Assembly: GCA_964291395.2 (NCBI GenBank)
Contig: OZ219856.1
Location: forward strand, 1,184,001 to 1,248,000
Direction of reading: 5' to 3'
DNA: 64,000 bases
DNA from: Alphaproteobacteria bacterium
Lineage (GTDB): Bacteria; Pseudomonadota; Alphaproteobacteria; UBA2966
Below the pieces are notes generated by a model. The model was not told the DNA's origin. It saw nothing but the letters and a program-made list of their open reading frames with translations, and ran no database searches. Positions 21,001 to 31,802 of this stretch are shown here, piece by piece. The position numbers were made by a program, and so were the translations under genes. The first letter of the stretch is position 1. Every line of letters begins with the position of its first letter.

Positions 21001-21539
21001 ACCTTCCCAACGCTCTGTCCCTGGGACGTCTCCTCGCCGTTCCCATCGTTGTCTGGCTTCTCCTGCAGGAAGCGTACGTCGGCGCGTTTCTGATATTCGT
21101 GCTTGCCGGGGTGTCCGATGCGATTGACGGCTACCTCGCCAAGCAATTCGGGATGGATACCGAAATCGGCAGGTTTCTGGATCCGATCGCCGACAAGACA
21201 CTCCTCGTATCGGTATACATCACGCTCGGACACCAAGAGATTTTGCCGGTCTGGCTGGTGATTCTCGTGGTGTCTCGCGATCTCCTGATCGTCGGCGGGG
21301 CATTGCTCGCATACACCATGTCCCAATCCATGCGGCCGACGCCGTTGTTCATCAGCAAGGTAAATACGGTTCTGCAGATTTCTCTGGCGGCGACGGCACT
21401 GGGGGATATTGCCTTTCAAGTGGGATTGACGGGACTCGTCACGCTGCTGGTGTTCGCCGTTGCGGCGAGTACTGCGCTGTCGGGCGCTCGGTACCTGGGC
21501 AACTGGATACGAGACAGCGGCATGGAACAACCCCGATGA
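20997..21539 (+). CDS. CDP-alcohol phosphatidyltransferase (PgsA-like)
   Basis: NLPNALSLGR, SDAIDGYLAK...GRFLDPIADK motif. Confidence 0.9.
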   Translation: MNLPNALSLGRLLAVPIVVWLLLQEAYVGAFLIFVLAGVSDAIDGYLAKQFGMDTEIGRFLDPIADKTLLVSVYITLGHQEILPVWLVILVVSRDLLIVGGALLAYTMSQSMRPTPLFISKVNTVLQISLAATALGDIAFQVGLTGLVTLLVFAVAASTALSGARYLGNWIRDSGMEQPR

Positions 21540-22609
21540 CCCGGCGTGATCGGATTCTCCTCTGGGTTATGGGAATCGTCGTATCAGTGCTTGTGCTGTT
21601 TTTTCTGCGGACCATTCTGTTGCCGTTTGTCGTCGGATTCGCGGTTGCCTATCTGCTCGATCCAGCCGCGGACCGCTTGGAAGCGGCCGGTCTCTCGCGG
21701 ACGCTCGCGACCACGACGATTACCGCCGGCTTTTTTGCGCTCGTCGTTTTATCGATTCTCATTCTTTTTCCGCTACTCGAGACCCAGACCACAGGCTTCT
21801 TGACGCGGGTTCCCGAATATGCGGAGCGGATTCGCGGGGCCGCCCTTCTTTTCGTGGAGGGTCGGATTCCCGGGTTCGACGCCGAGGATCTCGAAGGGAT
21901 GAGCAGCGTGGCGGCAGGATTCGCCGCGCAGTCGGTCGCTTGGCTGGCGGACGCGTTGACGGGTATCTGGCGCGGAGGGATCGCTCTATTCAACTTCCTC
22001 TCATTGACGTTCGTCACGCCGGTTGTGGCCTTTTATTTGATCCGTGATTGGGACCGCATCGTAGCCAAGGTTGACGCTCTCCTGCCGAGGCGGAACGCGG
22101 AAGCGATCCGTGAGCAGATGCGCCTCGTTGACGAGGCGCTTTCGGGCTTCATTCGCGGTCAGGGCTCGGTTGCCCTCATCCTGGGCGTGATCTTCGCCGT
22201 CGGATGGTCGCTGGCCGGACTGGAGTTCGGCTTGCTCATCGGCCTCGGTGCCGGATTGCTCGCGTTCATTCCGTACGTCGGCGCCATAATCGGTTTCGGA
22301 ACCGCATTCATCGTGGCCCTGGTGCAGTTCGGATTCGATCCGTTGTCCCTCGGCCTCGTCGTACTGGTGTTCGTGATCGGACAGACTTTGGACGGGCTGT
22401 ACTTGACGCCCAACCTTGTCGGCGGGCGAGTCGGGCTTCATCCGGTTTGGGTGATGTTCGCGCTCATGGCGGGCGGCGCCCTGTTCGGATTCGTCGGCAT
22501 CTTTCTGGCTGTGCCCGCAGCCGCGGTAATTGCGGTCCTCGTCCGCTTCTCGATCGAGCGTTATCGCCGGAGCGCCTATTTCCTCGAAGAGGGACGGGGC
22601 GAATCGTGA
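21536..22609 (+). CDS. AI-2E (PerM) family transporter
   Basis: LLPFVVGFAVAYLLDP, GFIRGQ, FIPYVG, P.LVGGRVGLHPVWVMFAL. Confidence 0.9.
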   Translation: MTRRDRILLWVMGIVVSVLVLFFLRTILLPFVVGFAVAYLLDPAADRLEAAGLSRTLATTTITAGFFALVVLSILILFPLLETQTTGFLTRVPEYAERIRGAALLFVEGRIPGFDAEDLEGMSSVAAGFAAQSVAWLADALTGIWRGGIALFNFLSLTFVTPVVAFYLIRDWDRIVAKVDALLPRRNAEAIREQMRLVDEALSGFIRGQGSVALILGVIFAVGWSLAGLEFGLLIGLGAGLLAFIPYVGAIIGFGTAFIVALVQFGFDPLSLGLVVLVFVIGQTLDGLYLTPNLVGGRVGLHPVWVMFALMAGGALFGFVGIFLAVPAAAVIAVLVRFSIERYRRSAYFLEEGRGES

Positions 22610-23286
22610 ATCACGCTCAGAGCCAGCTCGCCTTGGATTTCGGCCTGCGACAAGCCCTCGGCCGGGATGATTTCCTCGTCACCCCGTGCAATGGGGAAGT
22701 CGTGGCGTGGCTCGACCGCTGGCCCCACTGGCCTGGCCGCGGCCTCATCGTTCACGGTCCCGCCGGGTGCGGAAAGACGCACCTGGCGCACGTCTTTCAA
22801 GCACGTTCCGGTGCCCAAATCGTGCATGCATCCGATGTTGCGGGGTCGGGCGCACGTACGCTATTCGCCGATCTGGTCGTCGAGGATGTCGATTCGGGCG
22901 TCGACTCGCGGGCCCTTCTTCATATCTACAATACGGCGGTCGAGCGAGGCGGCAGTCTGTTGATGACGAGCCGGAATCCACCCCGATCCTGGGATGTGGG
23001 TCTACCCGACCTTCGTTCCCGAATTAATGCGGTGGGGTCGGTCGCGGTCGGGCTGCCGGACGACGCGCTGCTTGCAGCGGTATTGGTCAAACTGCTTTCG
23101 GATCGGCAACTCCGGGTCGGGCACGAGGTCGTGACTTATTTGGTGCGACACATGGAGCGCTCGTTCCGCGCGGCGCGCGACATCGTCACGGCGCTCGATG
23201 AAGGTTCGCTTGCGGATCGACGGGAAATAACGATTCCGCTCGCGCGGCGGATATTGGCTCATCATCAAGACGTGGAAGGAGACTAG
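22606..23286 (+). CDS. hdaA: DnaA regulatory inactivator HdaA
   Basis: QLALDF clamp-binding motif, Walker A GPAGCGKTHL, LPDLRSR, MERS. Confidence 0.88.
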   Translation: MNHAQSQLALDFGLRQALGRDDFLVTPCNGEVVAWLDRWPHWPGRGLIVHGPAGCGKTHLAHVFQARSGAQIVHASDVAGSGARTLFADLVVEDVDSGVDSRALLHIYNTAVERGGSLLMTSRNPPRSWDVGLPDLRSRINAVGSVAVGLPDDALLAAVLVKLLSDRQLRVGHEVVTYLVRHMERSFRAARDIVTALDEGSLADRREITIPLARRILAHHQDVEGD

Positions 23287-23288
23287 GC

Positions 23289-24068
23289 ATGGACCTCGGT
23301 ATTTCGGGGAAGAAGGCCATTGTTTGCGCTTCGAGCCGGGGACTCGGCAGGGCCTGCGCGTTTTCCCTGGCCCGCGAGGGCGTGGACGTGACCATAACCG
23401 GACGTACGTCGGAAGCTCTCGAGGCTACGGCCGAAGAAATCCGCAAGGCGACGGGTGTCACCGTTACCGCCGTGGTCGGCGACATTTCTACCGCAGAGGG
23501 GCGTGACGGTGCGCTCACGGCTTGCCCGGATCCCGATATTCTCGTCAACAACGCCGGGGGGCCGCCGCCCGGGAACTTCCGCGATTTCAGGCGCGAAGAC
23601 TGGATCAAGGCGCTGGATGCGAACATGCTGACCGCGATCGAGCTGATCAAGGCGACGGTCGACGGCATGATCGAGCGGCAGTGGGGCCGCATCGTCAACA
23701 TCACGTCCGGTTCCGTGAAAGCGCCCATCGACATTCTGGTGCTGTCGAATGGCGCGAGAACGGGCCTCACGGGTGCGGTCGGCACTATTGCCCGTGAAGT
23801 CGCCAAACACAACGTGACGATCAATAACTTGCTTCCCGGAGAGATCTTGACCGATCGTCTTCGCACCACGACCGAGGCCGTCGCCAAGCGAGAGGGGGTG
23901 AGTCCGGAGGAGGCCGTGGACCGCCGGATTGCGCGAATTCCGGTCGGCCGATTCGGCAAGCCTGAAGAATTCGGAGAAGCCTGCGCGTTCCTGTGCAGCG
24001 ATCAAGCGGGCTACATCACCGCCCAGAGCATTCTGCTGGATGGCGGGCTGAACCCCGCGCTGTTCTGA
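23289..24068 (+). CDS. SDR family oxidoreductase
   Basis: ASSRGLG Rossmann motif, ILVNNAGGPPPG, WGRIVNITS, LSNGAR. Confidence 0.88.
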   Translation: MDLGISGKKAIVCASSRGLGRACAFSLAREGVDVTITGRTSEALEATAEEIRKATGVTVTAVVGDISTAEGRDGALTACPDPDILVNNAGGPPPGNFRDFRREDWIKALDANMLTAIELIKATVDGMIERQWGRIVNITSGSVKAPIDILVLSNGARTGLTGAVGTIAREVAKHNVTINNLLPGEILTDRLRTTTEAVAKREGVSPEEAVDRRIARIPVGRFGKPEEFGEACAFLCSDQAGYITAQSILLDGGLNPALF

Positions 24069-24076
24069 CGGCAATA

Positions 24077-25627
24077 TCAGGTCAGCCTGAGATCCCGGGA
24101 CCAGGATTCATACCGCTCGAGTTTGCGTGTGATCTCGGTATAGGCGGCCATATGAACGAGTTCTGAAATCTCCCCGGTGTCGCTGGGTTCGATCTGAATC
24201 AGGCCGTCGCGTGCATAAGGATAGCGATTGGCATCGCTCGGTCGGTCGACCACGGACGTATTCACCGCCACGACCGTCCCCGACAAAGGAGCAATCAGGT
24301 CGAAAGGCTTGCGATAGGCGTCGAACCAGCCGAACGGCGATCCTCGGACGATGCGGTTACCCGGCGTCGGCAATTCCACGAACAGCATTTCGCCGAGGTC
24401 CCGCTGTGCGAAGTCAGTCAATCCGATCGTGGCTCGCCCACCGGGCTCCGTCCCCACCCATAGATGATCTTCGCTGTAGCGCAGTCCGTAAGGAGACATG
24501 GTGTTCACCCTGGCGTCGTCCCGAACCCGCCGTTCACGGAAGGGGTAGGCGATGATGCTGGCGTCGTAGTGCGCGTCGCGCACTCCGATCTGGATGACGT
24601 TGCCGTCTTGGGCATGGGGGCTCGCGACGAAGCCCAACCCCAGGCTCGAGGCGCCGCCCAGCAGATCAGGAGACAACGGACCGCTCGTAACTTGTCCGAT
24701 CCGTTCGCCGTCCTTGAAGATGGGGTATCCGTGGCGGATCGTGCGACAGCCGTCCGCTGCAAGTCCCACCAATTTCCGTGGTGTTCCCTGTTCGGCGACG
24801 GCGGCCAGCGCATCGCGGCCAATGAAATCCTTGTAAAGCTTCACCACCCATCCAAGGCCGACCTCGTACGGGTAAGTCCGGTCATCCATGTCATTGCCGT
24901 TGAGCAGGTAGCCGGCTTCGGTGCGCGCGCTTTCGCGGGCGGCCACTCCGTGCGGCACGATCCCCAGCGGACGCCCGGCGCGTATCAATGCCTCCCACAC
25001 GCAAGGGGCCAGGTCTCGGGAAACGCAGATCTCGTACCCCCTTTCGCCGGTATACCCGATGCGGCTGATAATGCAGCGAACCTCCAGTTCGCGGGTCATG
25101 ACGGAGGCCTCCGCAAGCCGATAGTAAGCCATCTCCGAAAGGTCGGCCTCGGTGATCTTTTGCAGGACCTCGCTTGAATACGGACCCTGGAGGGCGATGA
25201 GGGCCAGATCCGTCGACAGATTCCGCACGTGCACGTCGAGACCTTCGGCGTGCTTCAGGACCCAGCGATAATCTTCGTCGGTCTTGGTGACGTTGACGAC
25301 CCAGATGAACCGGTCTTCCGCCAGTCGGAGGCAAACCAGGTCGTCGATGACGTGACCGTTTTCGTCACACATGACGGTATAAAGGGCTTGGTTGGCGTCC
25401 AAGCGGGCGGCATCGTTGGTGATCAGCCTGTCCACAAGCGTCAACGCGTCCCTGCCGGTAAATTCGAGCTCTCCCATGTGGGAAACGTCACAGAGGCTGA
25501 CCCGTTCCCGTATGGCCCGATGTTCCTCGGCATGGCCGACATATTCGACAGGGCGGGCGAAGCCTTTGAGATTGATGATGCGTGCCGCCGACGCCATGTG
25601 GATATCGAACAACGGTGTTTTTTTCAT
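24077..25627 (-). CDS. Fused GcvT-like aminomethyltransferase plus GcvH-like domain with Arg at the lipoyl-Lys position
   Basis: About aa 1-367: KTPL, DVSHMG, IDDL, ALQGP, SRIGYTGE, RTEAG, G.VTSG. About aa 380-500: LRYSEDHLWV, IGLTDFAQRDLGEMLFVELP, FGWFDAYRKPFDLIAPLSGTVVAVN. Confidence 0.85.
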   Translation of the reverse strand: MKKTPLFDIHMASAARIINLKGFARPVEYVGHAEEHRAIRERVSLCDVSHMGELEFTGRDALTLVDRLITNDAARLDANQALYTVMCDENGHVIDDLVCLRLAEDRFIWVVNVTKTDEDYRWVLKHAEGLDVHVRNLSTDLALIALQGPYSSEVLQKITEADLSEMAYYRLAEASVMTRELEVRCIISRIGYTGERGYEICVSRDLAPCVWEALIRAGRPLGIVPHGVAARESARTEAGYLLNGNDMDDRTYPYEVGLGWVVKLYKDFIGRDALAAVAEQGTPRKLVGLAADGCRTIRHGYPIFKDGERIGQVTSGPLSPDLLGGASSLGLGFVASPHAQDGNVIQIGVRDAHYDASIIAYPFRERRVRDDARVNTMSPYGLRYSEDHLWVGTEPGGRATIGLTDFAQRDLGEMLFVELPTPGNRIVRGSPFGWFDAYRKPFDLIAPLSGTVVAVNTSVVDRPSDANRYPYARDGLIQIEPSDTGEISELVHMAAYTEITRKLERYESWSRDLRLT

Positions 25628-25894
25628 GGCTTCCTGCTCGGCGTTTCAATCGGTGGGGGGACACGCGGAAGGTTCGTCGGCGACATTCTTCGGAGACCAG
25701 CGCACGTCGTTCTCACTACCGCAGGGTACGACAAACGAAGGCTTGCGACGCTGAGCCGCCACCCGATCGTAGAATACGGGAATCTTGAAGGCCCGCCGAG
25801 CGACACCGACCGGAAATTGTGTCAACGGCTTCTTGGCCTGCGAATTCCCGGCCAACCACTCCGTGTTCGCGGCGACGCAGTATTGGGGGATTGA

Positions 25895-26308
25895 CTAGTC
25901 CGAAGCCGGCAAGCCGCCCAAATCGTTGGAGTCGATGATCTTCCAGAACGTGTCCTTGTGGCTGATCTTTCCACCCTTGAAGTCGTACAGGTCGCAGCCC
26001 CGGTAATTGAATACTTCTCCGTTCACGCTTTGTCCGGTGACGGTCCATACGGTGACCGCCCGGTTCTCCGTCACGTACTTGTAGTCGTGCACCCATTTCA
26101 TATCGGGCACCACCTCGAATCTCTCGGCCAGGAATTCGCGTATGTTATCGCGTCCCTGGATGCGATAACCCCAGGGATCGGGGCCGCGCGCCGTCGCGAA
26201 TATTCCGTCCTCCGCGAAATAGGATGCAATACGATCCGGATCGCGACTGTCGAAAGCCGCGTTGATCTCGTCGATCAGTTCGATCGTCACTTTTCCGTCA
26301 CCCGACAT
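25895..26308 (-). CDS. NTF2/SnoaL-like protein (TauX-like)
   Basis: AF..RD.D.I..YFAED.IF...RGP.P.G...G, PD..W, RAV..WT..G, GCDLY.F..GKI..KDTFWK; GGGAGGG RBS upstream. Confidence 0.8.
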   Translation of the reverse strand: MSGDGKVTIELIDEINAAFDSRDPDRIASYFAEDGIFATARGPDPWGYRIQGRDNIREFLAERFEVVPDMKWVHDYKYVTENRAVTVWTVTGQSVNGEVFNYRGCDLYDFKGGKISHKDTFWKIIDSNDLGGLPASD

Positions 26309-26667
26309 CGCACCCTCCCATTTCTTCCTGAACGAGACGGCGCGGAGATCTGTCCCGCGCCCGTGGCGGATGTTCGGGTGGTATACTATTTGCTCCTCGG
26401 TTCGTTCAACACGGTGCGACGCGGCGTCTGCGCGCTTGTCGGGTCAAGCGGGTGCACAGCGTGCACGACCATCCAAGAACGGCGGAGTTGATACCATCGG
26501 CTCCAATCACGAGATTCGCCGGAAATGTCTTGCCTTTGGCGTTCACCAATTCACCTTTCGGGCCCGTCATTCAAGGACCCATGACGATTTGCTAGTATGG
26601 AATGCACCTGCTTGCCTGCGCCGCTTGTCCGCCAGACTGGTTGTGGGAGATCGGAAGGGGCCGCCGC

Positions 26668-28854
26668 GTGACGACCGCTGAAACGCAACTTCACGAGACG
26701 ACGGAATCCGAAGCGTCCGCGGGAGAGACACGCCTGGATGAGAGACTAGCCGGGTCGAGCGAGCGTTTCATCAACCGGGAGTTGTCGTGGTTGGCCTTCA
26801 ACGAGCGGGTTCTCGGAGAGACCGAGAACAACTCCCACCCGCTGCTGGAGCGGCTCCGGTTCCTGTCGATCTCCGCGGTCAATCTGGACGAGTTCTATAC
26901 GGTTCGTGTGGCAGGCATACGCGGGCAGATCGCGGCGGGCGTTCGCGAGCTCAGTCAGGACGGGCTGTCTCCGGAAGAACAGTTGGTCGAGATCAACACC
27001 CGGGCCAACAGGCTGATGGCCGACCAGGCGCGCGTCTGGTCGACGCTCGTGCACCAGCTCCGCGGGAAGGGCATCGTCGTTCTCGAGCCCGCCGATCTGA
27101 CCGACGATGACAGGGAGTTCATCGGCCGGCTCTTTCTCGAGCGGATATTTCCCGTTCTGACGCCAATCGCGGTCGATCCGGCTCACCCCTTTCCGTTCCT
27201 TCAGAACCGCGGGTTTGCGATGGTGCTCCAGCTATCCCGCCGGACCGACGGTCACACGCTGCAAGCCCTCATCCCGCTGTCGCATCAGGTCGAAAGATTC
27301 TTTCGGTTACCGGGAAACGTCACCCGGTTCCTTTCGCTCGAAAACATCGTGCGGATGTTTGTCGACGAACTGTTTCCCGACTACGACGTCCTGGGAGAGG
27401 GGCTCGTTCGGGTACTTCGCGATTCAGACATACAGATCGAGGACGAGTCGGAGGATCTGGTCCGATTTTACGAGTCCGCGATCAAGCGTCGCCGTCGGGG
27501 CAGCGTGACGTTGTTGCTCGTCGACTCGGGAATGCCGGACGATCTGCGTCGCTTTGTCGCGACGGAGATCGGAGCGCCGGACGATGCGGTGACGGTGGTG
27601 GACGGAATCCTCGGCTTGGGAGACACGAGCGAGCTCATTTTGAGGCAGCGCAGCGAACTGTTGTTCACGCCATACAATCCGCGGCACCCGGAACGCGTCA
27701 GGGAAGCCGGGGGAAATCTGTACGCCGCAATTCAAGAAAAGGCTTTCGTGGTTCACCATCCTTACGAGAGCTTCGACGTCGTCGTGCAGTTCATCGATCA
27801 GGCGGCCGCGGACCCCGACGTGATCGCGATCAAGCAGACCCTCTATCGCACGAGCGATGACTCGCCGATCGTCTCGGCGCTGATTGATGCGGCCGAATCC
27901 GGAAAGTCGGTGACGGCCCTGGTGGAACTCAAGGCGAGGTTCGACGAAGAAGCCAACCTTCGGTGGGCGCGAAACCTCGAGCGCGCCGGCGTCCAGGTCG
28001 TCTACGGATTCGTCTCGCTGAAGACGCACGCCAAGGTCTCGCTCGTCGTTCGGCGAGAGAAAAACGGTCTCAGGACTTACGTGCATTTGGGAACCGGGAA
28101 TTACCACCCGGTGACCGCGAAGGTGTACACGGACCTCTCGTTCTTCACATCCGATCCGGTTATCGGCCGCGATGCCGCGGATATCTTCAACTACATGACG
28201 GGTACGGCGCCGCCCCGTCATCTGGACAAGCTCGTGAATTCGCCCCAGAACCTGCGGGACACTCTGATCGACATGGTGGATCGAGAGATCGCGCATGCTC
28301 GGGCGGGACGCCCGGCCGAGATCTGGGCGAAGATGAACGCCTTGGTGGATGGAAAGATCATCGATGCTCTGTATCGGGCGAGTCAGGCCGGCGTGCAGAT
28401 CGACCTCGTCGTGCGAGGAGTCTGTTGTTTGCGTCCCGGTGTCGCCGGCCTTTCGGACAATATTCGTGTGAAGAGCGTTATCGGCCGCTTTCTGGAGCAC
28501 TCCCGCATCGTATGCTTCGGCGCGGGGCACGGCTTGCCGTCGCCCGGTGCCAAGGTCTTCATTTCGTCTGCCGACTGGATGCCAAGGAATTTCGACTGGC
28601 GGGTCGAGCTATTGACGCCCCTGGAGAACCCGACGGTTCATGAGCAGGTCCTCGATCAGATCATGATGGCGAACCTGAAAGACAAGGCCCAGAGTTGGGT
28701 GCTCAAGTCCGACGGAACGTACGTGAGATCGGAACTGGACGACGAGGCATTTTCAGCGCATACGTACTTCATGACCAATCCCAGTCTTTCCGGTCGCGGT
28801 AAGGCGTTAGAAAAGTCTGCCCCCAGTCCGCATCTTGTCCTCGACAACGATTGA
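26668..28854 (+). CDS. ppk1: Polyphosphate kinase 1
   Basis: [51 protein letters not shown]. Confidence 0.96.
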   Translation: MTTAETQLHETTESEASAGETRLDERLAGSSERFINRELSWLAFNERVLGETENNSHPLLERLRFLSISAVNLDEFYTVRVAGIRGQIAAGVRELSQDGLSPEEQLVEINTRANRLMADQARVWSTLVHQLRGKGIVVLEPADLTDDDREFIGRLFLERIFPVLTPIAVDPAHPFPFLQNRGFAMVLQLSRRTDGHTLQALIPLSHQVERFFRLPGNVTRFLSLENIVRMFVDELFPDYDVLGEGLVRVLRDSDIQIEDESEDLVRFYESAIKRRRRGSVTLLLVDSGMPDDLRRFVATEIGAPDDAVTVVDGILGLGDTSELILRQRSELLFTPYNPRHPERVREAGGNLYAAIQEKAFVVHHPYESFDVVVQFIDQAAADPDVIAIKQTLYRTSDDSPIVSALIDAAESGKSVTALVELKARFDEEANLRWARNLERAGVQVVYGFVSLKTHAKVSLVVRREKNGLRTYVHLGTGNYHPVTAKVYTDLSFFTSDPVIGRDAADIFNYMTGTAPPRHLDKLVNSPQNLRDTLIDMVDREIAHARAGRPAEIWAKMNALVDGKIIDALYRASQAGVQIDLVVRGVCCLRPGVAGLSDNIRVKSVIGRFLEHSRIVCFGAGHGLPSPGAKVFISSADWMPRNFDWRVELLTPLENPTVHEQVLDQIMMANLKDKAQSWVLKSDGTYVRSELDDEAFSAHTYFMTNPSLSGRGKALEKSAPSPHLVLDND

Positions 28855-30367
28855 CCCGGCTCCCGACGCCCACGTTCGGGAATTGCCGTCTGGAATTGCC
28901 GACGCCTGGCGGCGGCAGGCCGTCATCGACATCGGGTCGAACTCGGTTCGGCTGGTCGTCTTCGAAGGTCTGGTGCGAGCCCCGCTTCCTATCTTCAACG
29001 AGCGTGTCTTGTGCGGCATCGGCAGAGACCTTGCGGATACCGGTGCGTTGCACGAGGACGGTGTTGACCTGGCCCTCTCCACGATCGAGCGGTTCGTCGC
29101 AATATCACGCGAGATCGGCGCGGGCTTTCCCGAAGCGGTTGCGACCGCGGCGGTGAGGGAGGCGGCGAACGGGCGGGAATTCGTTGCCCGCGTGCGCGAA
29201 ACGTGCGGTTTGGAGGTACGCGTTCTGTCCGGGATTGATGAAGCGCGCCTGTCGGCATTGGGGGCCATGTCGGCAATCCCCGATGCTGACGGGGTCATGG
29301 GTGATCTGGGAGGCGGCAGCCTGGAACTGGTCGTGCTGAATTCGGGCGAGATAGGGGACAGCGTGACGCTGCCGCTGGGGGCGCTGCGGTTGATGGGTCT
29401 CACGCCCGAAGAGCGCATCGCCGTGATCGATCAAGCCCTCGACGAAGTAACTTGGCTTAACAAACTGAAAAAAAGGAATTTTTACGGAGTGGGCGGTGCT
29501 TGGCGCTCACTGGCGCGCATTCACATGGCGCAGCGTGAGTATCCGCTGCGAATCGTTCACCAGTACCAGATCACTCGGGGGGAAGCGAACACCCTGGCGG
29601 GGGTGATTTCCGGCTTGAGCCTCGACTCTCTGGCAAGAATCGAAGGCGTGAACAGGCGCCGGCTGGAGTCGCTTCCCGGTGCCGCCGCCGTCCTCTCCAG
29701 AACCTTGCGCCGCTTACGACCGGGACGGGTCATGTTCCTGGCTGGCGGACTTCGCGAGGGTTTGCTGCAGCAACATCTGTCGGAAGAGGTTCGGGGCGAA
29801 GATCCATTGATCAGTCAGTGCAGGGCGTTCGCGGTTCGCACCTCGCGGTTCGGGGATACGGGAGACGAGCTGGCAGACTGGATGGCTCCCTTGTTCGATG
29901 AAGAAAGCCCGGAAGATGGCCGGTTGCGCCTGGCGGCCTGCCTGCTGTCCGACGTCGCTTGGCGCGCGCACCCCAGCTACCGCGCGGCGCGGGCATTCGA
30001 AGAGGTGTTTCAAGCGCCCGTTGTCGGAATAGACCACGCCGGACGCGCATTCATCGCGCTCGCCATTCACGCGCGATACAACGGCACGGGCGACGCGCCG
30101 GTTACGGAACCCGCGCGGACTCTTGTCGAACAGGCGATTGTCGAGCAGGCGAAGCTCGTCGGGGTCTCGCTCCGTCTGGGGCTCACGCTTTCCGGCGGCG
30201 CCCCCGGCGTTTTGGCGCGAACGAGACTGGAAAGGAGTGCCGGCGAAGTGACGCTTCATATGCGCCGCGAGGATTCGCATCTCAACAGCGAACTTGTCGA
30301 GAGAAGGTTGGCTTCCGTCGCGCGGTGTCTGGACCTGGCTCCACGGTGCCGGATTAGAGGTCGTTAG
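28835..30367 (+). CDS. ppx: Ppx/GppA exopolyphosphatase
   Basis: [33 protein letters not shown]. Confidence 0.93.
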   Translation: MSSTTIDPAPDAHVRELPSGIADAWRRQAVIDIGSNSVRLVVFEGLVRAPLPIFNERVLCGIGRDLADTGALHEDGVDLALSTIERFVAISREIGAGFPEAVATAAVREAANGREFVARVRETCGLEVRVLSGIDEARLSALGAMSAIPDADGVMGDLGGGSLELVVLNSGEIGDSVTLPLGALRLMGLTPEERIAVIDQALDEVTWLNKLKKRNFYGVGGAWRSLARIHMAQREYPLRIVHQYQITRGEANTLAGVISGLSLDSLARIEGVNRRRLESLPGAAAVLSRTLRRLRPGRVMFLAGGLREGLLQQHLSEEVRGEDPLISQCRAFAVRTSRFGDTGDELADWMAPLFDEESPEDGRLRLAACLLSDVAWRAHPSYRAARAFEEVFQAPVVGIDHAGRAFIALAIHARYNGTGDAPVTEPARTLVEQAIVEQAKLVGVSLRLGLTLSGGAPGVLARTRLERSAGEVTLHMRREDSHLNSELVERRLASVARCLDLAPRCRIRGR

Positions 30368-30404
30368 CAGGCTGTTGCAGCGAACGGTAGCATCGGAACC
30401 TTCT

Positions 30405-31574
30405 CTATGCCGAGCTGCCGTCCGGGTCCGTGCTGATCAACCGGACACCGTTCGAATCGGCCGTCAAGGCCACCTCGCCTCGTTTCAGTCGTAGCGCGTC
30501 TTTTCCGAAGATCTCGTGACGCCAACCCGTCAGAGGCGGGATCTCGCGCTCGCCGCCCGCTGCAATGCGCTCGAGATCGTCGACTGTCGCGACCAGTTTC
30601 TGTGCCACGCCGTGTTCTTCGCACTTCGCCTTGAGAAGCACCTTGAGAAGGTCGACGATCGGACCCTTGCCCTTGTTGGGGCGAGACCGGGCTTGCGGTC
30701 TCGGGAGCTCTTCTTCGGGCATCGACATGACTTCCGACACGATACGCAGGATTGCCTGACCGTTCGCTTGCGTTGCCGCACCTCTCGGGAAATTGCGCAA
30801 GCGCTGGAAGTCCGCAATGTTCTTTGGAGGATGCGCGGCGATCTCCGTGAGAGCCTGGTCGCGAAGTATTCGATTCCGTGGAATGTTTCGTGATTGCGCT
30901 TCGCGTTCACGCCAGGCCGCGATTTCCCGCAGCATGGCCATGTGGCGCGGCTTGGCGCTGCGACTTCTAAGTCTCCGCCAAGCCTCCTCCGGCAGATTGG
31001 CGTAGGTGTTCGGGTTGATGAGCACTGCAAGTTCTTCGGTGAGCCATTGTTCGCGGCCCGACTCCCGCACCCGCCGCTCGAGTTCAGTGTAAACGTCGCG
31101 GAGGTGAACCACGTCGTCGAGGGCATACTGAATCTGTCGCCTGGTCAAAGGGCGGCGGGACCAGTTGGAGAGCCGGGATGATTTGTCGATGGTGTGGCCG
31201 AGCAGTCGCTGGACGAGGGTGTCATATCCCACGGCGTCGCCGAAACCGCAGACCATCGCGGCAAGCTGGGTGTCGAAAAGGGGCGACGGCATGGCTTCCC
31301 CAAGTTGGTAGAAGATCTCGACATCTTGGCGTGCGGCATGGAACACCTTGAGCACGTTCTCGTCCGTCAGAATCTCAAGAAAGGGTTTCAGCTCGAGATC
31401 CTGGCTTAACGGATCGATCGCGATCGCCTCGTCCTCGCTGGCCACCTGTATGAGGCAGATCTGGGGCCAGTAGGTGTTGTCTCGTATGAACTCGGTATCG
31501 ACTGTGATGTAGTCGACGCCCCGAAGCCGTTGACAAGCGGATACCAAATCGGAGGTGCGGGTGACTACGTTCAT
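30405..31574 (-). CDS. rnd: Ribonuclease D
   Basis: VDTEF, KVFHAARQD, LFDTQ, YALDDV, HRDC domain, GWR.EIFG. Confidence 0.94.
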   Translation of the reverse strand: MNVVTRTSDLVSACQRLRGVDYITVDTEFIRDNTYWPQICLIQVASEDEAIAIDPLSQDLELKPFLEILTDENVLKVFHAARQDVEIFYQLGEAMPSPLFDTQLAAMVCGFGDAVGYDTLVQRLLGHTIDKSSRLSNWSRRPLTRRQIQYALDDVVHLRDVYTELERRVRESGREQWLTEELAVLINPNTYANLPEEAWRRLRSRSAKPRHMAMLREIAAWREREAQSRNIPRNRILRDQALTEIAAHPPKNIADFQRLRNFPRGAATQANGQAILRIVSEVMSMPEEELPRPQARSRPNKGKGPIVDLLKVLLKAKCEEHGVAQKLVATVDDLERIAAGGEREIPPLTGWRHEIFGKDALRLKRGEVALTADSNGVRLISTDPDGSSA

Positions 31575-31802
31575 GACCAAATCAATGTCCTTTGACATAC
31601 CGGTATCGGAAGCATAGAGAGATTTACGCGTCTGCGCCCGCACACACCGATATTTGCCGCAGCCTTGACAGGTCTGGTTGTCCATGCGCTTTTGCGCCGC
31701 GCCAACCGATTCCTGCGGTTTTCCCGTACGTCGGGGTCACATGGGCCGTGCCGCGATGTGATCCTGTCCCGATGCGCTCATTGGACGGCCTGAAGAATTT
31801 GA

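Noticed and set aside
25640-25730. Possible glycine riboswitch before the gcvT-like gene (GAGA...CCGAAG...AACCTT on the minus strand)
   Set aside because: Lacks the GGAGA and CUCUCAGG core and a convincing P1 stem; an Infernal scan would settle it.
26540-26590. Pho box upstream of ppk1
   Set aside because: Only one CCGTCAT half-site; no convincing 11-bp direct repeat.
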